DNA of 64,000 nt from an uncultured Flavobacteriaceae bacterium (lineage in GTDB: Bacteria > Bacteroidota > Bacteroidia > Flavobacteriales > Flavobacteriaceae), in assembly GCA_965364455.1 (NCBI GenBank), contig CBDTXN010000001.1, positions 5,211 through 69,210 of the forward strand, written 5' to 3'. The notes beneath the pieces are model-generated. The model was given only the letters and a program-made list of their open reading frames with translations, had not been told where the DNA came from and made no database searches. Numbering within the stretch: the first letter of the stretch is position 1; every line of letters begins with the position of its first letter. Below are positions 59,003 through 64,000 of the stretch, one piece after another. The position numbers and the translations under genes were made by a program.

Positions 59003-60589
59003 ATGCTGAAACGAAATTTTTTAATGTTGTTGCTTCTGGCAGGATTATCTACCGTAGCACAGGAAAAAAAGAACAAGGAAAGGGTGGAAAAAGCCAATTT
59101 CAGAGTTCAAATTTTTCAAAAGAGCGATGACACAGAGATCAAACTTGCCCAACCAGATCCTGAATTTAGAGATAAACTACCAATTTCTGCAGCAATAAGG
59201 GACTCCTCCAAAGTGAAACTTGAGGATCTTCCAAGAGCCAAGACCATAGATTCTTTATGGAAACTTGAACTTACTAATTCAGATCTTTTCGAAAAGATGC
59301 AGAAAAGCATCAAAGAACAGGATTACGAAGAAGTGGTTTACAAAGAATTGCCTACAGATACTCTTAAAGCGCGCCTGGCTAAGCTAAATGCCAGAACTCC
59401 TTTTAATGTTGAATATAATCCTATTCTTGAGAGTGTAATTAAATCCTATCTCAAAAGGAATAAGCAGGGGATGGAGCGTTTAATGGCGCTAAGTAGTTAT
59501 TATTTCCCAATGTTCGAGCAGGAACTGGATAAATATGATATCCCCTTAGAAATTAAATATCTGGCCATAGTGGAATCTGCCCTTAATCCAAGGGCTAAAT
59601 CCTGGGTAGGAGCTACCGGACTATGGCAGTTTATGTTCACTACAGGAAAAATGCATGGATTAGATGTAAGTTCTTATGTAGATGAGCGTATGGATCCTGA
59701 AAGATCTACTGAAGCTGCTGCAAAGTACCTCGCTAGCCTTTATAAGGTATTTGGCGATTGGGATCTTGTCCTGGCCTCATATAATTCAGGACCGGGAAAT
59801 GTTTCCAAGGCTATTAGAAGAAGTGGAGGAGCTACAGATTACTGGCATTTAAGAAGATTTCTTCCACGTGAAACGGCAGGCTATGTTCCGGCATTTTTAG
59901 CTACTCTTTACCTGTTTGAATATGCTGATGAACATAACTTTCAGCCAAAAAACCCTGATATAGTATATTTTGAAACAGATACTATTCAGGTAAAGCAATT
60001 ACTCACTTTCGATCAAATTTCAAAGGTAACCGGGGTTGAAAAGGAAATGCTTAAATTCCTGAACCCGAGTTATAAATTAGACATCATCCCATTCGTGGAA
60101 GATGAAAAATATAGTTTAAGACTTCCAAAACCTGCTTCAGGAAAATTTGTGAGTAATGAAAGCGCGATCTACGATTTCGCAGAGAATGAGCTCGTAGAGG
60201 AAAAAAAGGAGCTACCAAAATACGTAGAGACCAAGGATCGCATAAGATATAAGGTTAGAAGAGGGGATTATTTAGGAAAGATCGCCGAAAAATATGGTGT
60301 TGGTGTTAGTAGTATTAGACAATGGAATAATATGCGAGGAAATAACATTAGAGTAGGTCAATATCTTACCATTTATCCTAGAAAACCCGTAGAGGTAGCC
60401 TCTTCTAAAAGTAGTTCTACATCCGGTAAAAATTCCACTCCGCAAATGTATACGGTAAAGCAGGGAGACTCACTTTGGAGCATTTCTAAGAAGTTCCCGG
60501 GCGTTACGGTACAGAATTTGAAGTCCTGGAATGATATGAACACGAATAGTCTTACACAGGGCATGCCATTCAAAATTTCCAAAGGCTAA
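59003..60589 (+). CDS. MltD-like lytic transglycosylase (SLT plus 2 LysM)
   Basis: LAIVES, ATGLWQFM, SYNSG, PRETAGYVP; LysM repeats YKVRRGDYL and YTVKQGDSLW. Confidence 0.9.
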   Translation: MLKRNFLMLLLLAGLSTVAQEKKNKERVEKANFRVQIFQKSDDTEIKLAQPDPEFRDKLPISAAIRDSSKVKLEDLPRAKTIDSLWKLELTNSDLFEKMQKSIKEQDYEEVVYKELPTDTLKARLAKLNARTPFNVEYNPILESVIKSYLKRNKQGMERLMALSSYYFPMFEQELDKYDIPLEIKYLAIVESALNPRAKSWVGATGLWQFMFTTGKMHGLDVSSYVDERMDPERSTEAAAKYLASLYKVFGDWDLVLASYNSGPGNVSKAIRRSGGATDYWHLRRFLPRETAGYVPAFLATLYLFEYADEHNFQPKNPDIVYFETDTIQVKQLLTFDQISKVTGVEKEMLKFLNPSYKLDIIPFVEDEKYSLRLPKPASGKFVSNESAIYDFAENELVEEKKELPKYVETKDRIRYKVRRGDYLGKIAEKYGVGVSSIRQWNNMRGNNIRVGQYLTIYPRKPVEVASSKSSSTSGKNSTPQMYTVKQGDSLWSISKKFPGVTVQNLKSWNDMNTNSLTQGMPFKISKG

Positions 60590-60611
60590 AACCTTAATTA
60601 AATCCGAAAAA

Positions 60612-61592
60612 ATGAAACGTAGCCTAATCCTGCTAGCCAGTATTTTCCTTTTAATCGCTTGTAAGAATGAGAAATCTAAAAGATCTGATAGGATCCTGTC
60701 AGATTCTTCAGGAAATATCAATCAGTTAACCGTAGTAATAAAGAATGATCTCTGGGAAGGTGAAGTTGGAGAGGCGATTAGGAACAATTTTGCAGCCCCG
60801 GTTGACGGCCTACCGCAGGAGGAGCCTCTATTCAGTTTAAGCCAGATCCCGCCAAAAACTTTTACAGGTTTTGTAAGGAACACTCGAATCTTCCTGAAGA
60901 TTGAAAATAACGGTTCCAAGGGAATGCAGGTGATAACCGATGAATTTTCAAGGCCTCAGACCGGAATCGTGGTTATGGGGAGTAATTCAGAAGAGCTGAT
61001 CGATGTTATAAACGAGAAAGCTGATTCAATTGTTAAGATCTACAAAAAGACAGAATTAACTGAAAAGCAAAGAAGGATAGGTAAATCCCTAAAGAAGGAC
61101 GGGGCTTTAGAAGAGAAATTCGGCTTAAATCTAAAATTTCCTTCCGCATACAGATATGCTAAGGAAGATGAGCATTTTTCCTGGATCAGAAAGGAAATAC
61201 CTAAGGGTAGTATGGAGATCCTTGTATATGAAGTGCCAATCAATAAAATCGAGAATGATTCAAGCGTGATTTCAAATATCATTGAAATGAGGGATTCCAT
61301 CGGTGAGGCTCAGATACCTGGTCGTCTGGAAGGATCTTATATGATTACAGAGAAAGCTTATGCTCCTTACCTGTTCGAGACAGAAATTGACGGTAAATTT
61401 GCTTACGAAACCCGCGGTACCTGGGAAGTATATAACGATTTTATGGCTGGCCCTTTCGTTAATTACGCCGTAAAGGATGAAGAAAATAACAGATTTGTGA
61501 TCCTTGAAGGCTTCGTTTTTTCACCTTCGAGAGCGAAGCGGGATAATATCTTTGAGCTCGACGCTATATTGCAATCGGCTAATTTTGAATAA
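60612..61592 (+). CDS. DUF4837-like lipoprotein
   Basis: Lipobox LIAC; GLPQEEPLF, RDSIG, RGTW..MAGPF, KRD. Confidence 0.7.
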   Translation: MKRSLILLASIFLLIACKNEKSKRSDRILSDSSGNINQLTVVIKNDLWEGEVGEAIRNNFAAPVDGLPQEEPLFSLSQIPPKTFTGFVRNTRIFLKIENNGSKGMQVITDEFSRPQTGIVVMGSNSEELIDVINEKADSIVKIYKKTELTEKQRRIGKSLKKDGALEEKFGLNLKFPSAYRYAKEDEHFSWIRKEIPKGSMEILVYEVPINKIENDSSVISNIIEMRDSIGEAQIPGRLEGSYMITEKAYAPYLFETEIDGKFAYETRGTWEVYNDFMAGPFVNYAVKDEENNRFVILEGFVFSPSRAKRDNIFELDAILQSANFE

Positions 61593-61594
61593 AT

Positions 61595-61622
61595 AAAAAA
61601 CCCAACTGAGAAGTTGGGTTTT
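61595..61622. terminator. Bidirectional terminator
   Basis: AAAAAACCCAACT-GAGA-AGTTGGGTTTT. Confidence 0.75.
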
Positions 61623-61647
61623 ATTTTTTTATATAAAAAAGTAAGGT

Positions 61648-61857
61648 TTACTTTTTCTCTTCAGATACTTTCTTATTATCGTCTGGTCCTGCTCCATTTT
61701 CATCATCTTTGGAAGCGTCTTTAAATTCTTTAATTCCGCTACCTAGACCTCTCATTAATTCAGGAATTTTACGCCCACCAAAGAGCAATAAAATTACGAC
61801 CACAATTAAAATGATTTGTGGAGCTCCTATAGCCAAAGGCAAAATAAATGCATTCAT
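61648..61857 (-). CDS. tatA: Sec-independent translocase TatA/E
   Basis: [25 protein letters not shown]. Confidence 0.92.
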   Translation of the reverse strand: MNAFILPLAIGAPQIILIVVVILLLFGGRKIPELMRGLGSGIKEFKDASKDDENGAGPDDNKKVSEEKK

Positions 61858-62014
61858 GTCTTTCAATTTAGTTTTACAAACTTAACAAGAATTCGCCAAT
61901 CTAAACGTTAAGATGACAATAAATTGCCTATTATACAGCTCATAACGAATTACTCTAAAGGTGATATAATAGAGGAAATTTTTTAATTTATCTTTGTATA
62001 ACCTAATTACGGCT

Positions 62015-62881
62015 ATGACTCCAAGAAACTCAAAAAAGAAATTTGCGAAAAAATTGCTGCATAAATATCGCATGGTCGTTCTTAATGAAGATACTTTTGA
62101 AGAGCGCTTTTCCTTTCGTTTAACCAGGCTAAATGTATTTGTTACTGTAGGACTTTCTGCTATTTTCCTGATTGCTTTAACAACCATTCTCATAGCCTTT
62201 ACACCCCTTAGAGAGTATATACCGGGATATTCATCCCCTCAGTTAAAGGAAAGGGCAGCAAACCTGGCTTATGTTTCAGATTCTCTTCAAAATGTGATAA
62301 GATTGAACGATCAATACTTAAGTTCTATTAAGAATGCTCTTACAGGTGAATTAGATCTTGATCAGTTAAATCGGGATTCTTTGCTAAGTCCGCCAATTTC
62401 CGACGCAGAATATGAAGAGATTAACCGAATTAAAGCTGATTCTATCTTAAGAGAAGAGGTGGCACAGGAGGACAAGTATAATATACTTCCCACAGCTACA
62501 GATAATGTGAATTTTTCACTTTTTCCACCCGTGAAAGGATCCATTTCAGATAAATACAGTATTGAGAATAAACATTACGCAGTAGATGTAGTGACCTCTC
62601 GAAATGCACCGGTAAAGTCTGTTGCTGACGGAAGAGTGATCTTTGCCGAATGGACTGCAGATACCGGATATGTGATCATTATTGAACACAGTTACGGCCT
62701 CATTTCAGTTTATAAGCACAACGCATCCATATCAAAAACACAGGGTGATATGGTTAGATCTGGAGAAGTGATCGCCACGGCGGGAAATACCGGAGAACTT
62801 ACTACCGGGCCACATTTACACTTTGAATTATGGAATGAAGGAAACCCTGTTGACCCTTCAGAATATATTGATTTCAATTAA
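62015..62881 (+). CDS. M23-family metallopeptidase
   Basis: N-terminal TM (AFTPLREYIPGY); HYAVD, YKH, TGPHLHFE. Confidence 0.88.
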   Translation: MTPRNSKKKFAKKLLHKYRMVVLNEDTFEERFSFRLTRLNVFVTVGLSAIFLIALTTILIAFTPLREYIPGYSSPQLKERAANLAYVSDSLQNVIRLNDQYLSSIKNALTGELDLDQLNRDSLLSPPISDAEYEEINRIKADSILREEVAQEDKYNILPTATDNVNFSLFPPVKGSISDKYSIENKHYAVDVVTSRNAPVKSVADGRVIFAEWTADTGYVIIIEHSYGLISVYKHNASISKTQGDMVRSGEVIATAGNTGELTTGPHLHFELWNEGNPVDPSEYIDFN

Positions 62882-62884
62882 AAT

Positions 62885-64000
62885 ATGTCTATAAAGTCTT
62901 TTGCAGCCAGAATATTTGCCTCACACATTAGAAAAAAAATTGATAAATGGGCTGGCAATCCTCATAAAACCCAACAAAAAGTTTTTAATGAGTTAATTAA
63001 AAAAGGGGAAAATACCAGGTTTGGGAAAGATCATGGATTTGCCAATATTAGTTCTCATGAAGATTTTATAAAAAACGTTCCGGTTAGAGATTACGAAGAA
63101 CTCCGCAATTACGTAGATATGATGGTAGAAGGCCAGGAAGATATACTTTGGCCGGGAAAACCGTTATACTATGCTAAAACTTCAGGAACTACCAGTGGCG
63201 CCAAGTATATTCCGCTTACAAAAGATTCTATGCCCACGCATATCAATGCTGCGAGGAATGCTATTCTCTGCTATATAGCAGATACCGGAAAATCAAAATT
63301 TGTAGACGGTAAAATGATCTTTCTTCAGGGAAGTCCCGAGCTGGACGAGAAGAACGGTGTAAAACTGGGTAGATTATCTGGAATCGTGGCACATTTTGTA
63401 CCGGGTTATTTACAGAAGAACCGTATGCCTAGCTGGGAGACCAACTGTATAGAGGACTGGGAGACTAAAGTAGATGCGATTGTAGAGGAAACAGTGAAGG
63501 AAGATATGTCTGTTATCAGCGGAATTCCGTCGTGGGTACAGATGTATTTTGAAAGGCTTATAGATAGAACCGGGAAAAAGGTAGGGGAGATCTTTCCAAA
63601 TTTCGACCTTTTCATTTATGGTGGTGTGAATTATGAGCCTTATCGCTCTAAATTTGAAACTCTGATAGGCCGAAAAGTGGATAGTATTGAATTATACCCG
63701 GCATCTGAAGGCTTCTTTGCCTTTCAGGATAAACAGGACGTCAAAGGGATGTTACTTCAGTTAGATTCAGGTATGTTCTATGAGTTTATCAAGGTGGAAG
63801 ATTTCTATTCAGAAAATCCTGAAAGACTGGTTTTAAAAGATGTTGAGGTTGGTGTCAATTACGTGATGATCATTTCAACTACTGCCGGATTGTGGGCTTA
63901 TAACCTTGGGGATACAGTTCAATTTACCTCTACCAGCCCATACAGAGTCATTGTTTCCGGAAGGATCAAACATTTTATTTCGGCTTTTGGAGAGCATGTG
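62885..64000 (+). CDS. GH3 (auxin-responsive, acyl-acid-amido synthetase) family protein, 5' part; runs off the window
   Basis: Hand translation MSIKSFAARIF...TRFGKDHGF...VPVRDYEELR...AKTSGTTSGAKYIP...YPASEGFFA...YEFI...GLWAY.LGD. Absent from the ORF track because it has no stop in the window. Confidence 0.85.
   Translation, partial: MSIKSFAARIFASHIRKKIDKWAGNPHKTQQKVFNELIKKGENTRFGKDHGFANISSHEDFIKNVPVRDYEELRNYVDMMVEGQEDILWPGKPLYYAKTSGTTSGAKYIPLTKDSMPTHINAARNAILCYIADTGKSKFVDGKMIFLQGSPELDEKNGVKLGRLSGIVAHFVPGYLQKNRMPSWETNCIEDWETKVDAIVEETVKEDMSVISGIPSWVQMYFERLIDRTGKKVGEIFPNFDLFIYGGVNYEPYRSKFETLIGRKVDSIELYPASEGFFAFQDKQDVKGMLLQLDSGMFYEFIKVEDFYSENPERLVLKDVEVGVNYVMIISTTAGLWAYNLGDTVQFTSTSPYRVIVSGRIKHFISAFGEHV

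Noticed and set aside
59860-59875. Degenerate parS-like TCTTCCACGTGAAACG in the MltD-like gene
   Set aside because: It has two mismatches and coincides with the conserved LPRET protein motif, so it cannot be supported without ParB binding data.
349-63615. Numerous 60-130 aa ORFs antisense to or nested in long genes
   Set aside because: Shadow frames of well-supported genes, with no recognisable motifs.

Overview
This is a core-chromosome window from a low-GC Bacteroidota genome, most likely Flavobacteriaceae; a marine Gramella/Salegentibacter-like lineage is my inference. The evidence is the SusC/SusD pair, recurrent TAnnTTTG -7 promoter elements, and the gene set. Positions 1-21 kb hold a large amino-sugar locus that reads as a peptidoglycan utilization/recycling locus: a NagB-PIG-L fusion, an amidase, a YkfC-like NlpC/P60, an Ala-Glu epimerase, an SSS transporter, two GHL10/DigH-like hydrolases, GH18, SusCD, a CBM9-like protein, murQ, GH20, a creatininase-family amidohydrolase, an MFS transporter and a ROK kinase. 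Positions 21-64 kb are mostly housekeeping genes (lepA, yebC, rnpA, rpiB, rnr, tRNA-Cys, folB, glnS, gltX, ybeY, mnmG, holB, pgk, tatA). The window also has a probable chromosomal origin at about 37.7-38.2 kb, two perfect parS palindromes flanking mnmG, a translationally coupled GCS2-CBS ligase plus AstE/AspA hydrolase pair, a structured RNA-like element and a REP-like palindrome after lepA, and an unannotated 56-aa membrane ORF. I saw no CRISPR array, transposase, integrase or prophage. All calls come from motif recognition by eye; no database searches were run.
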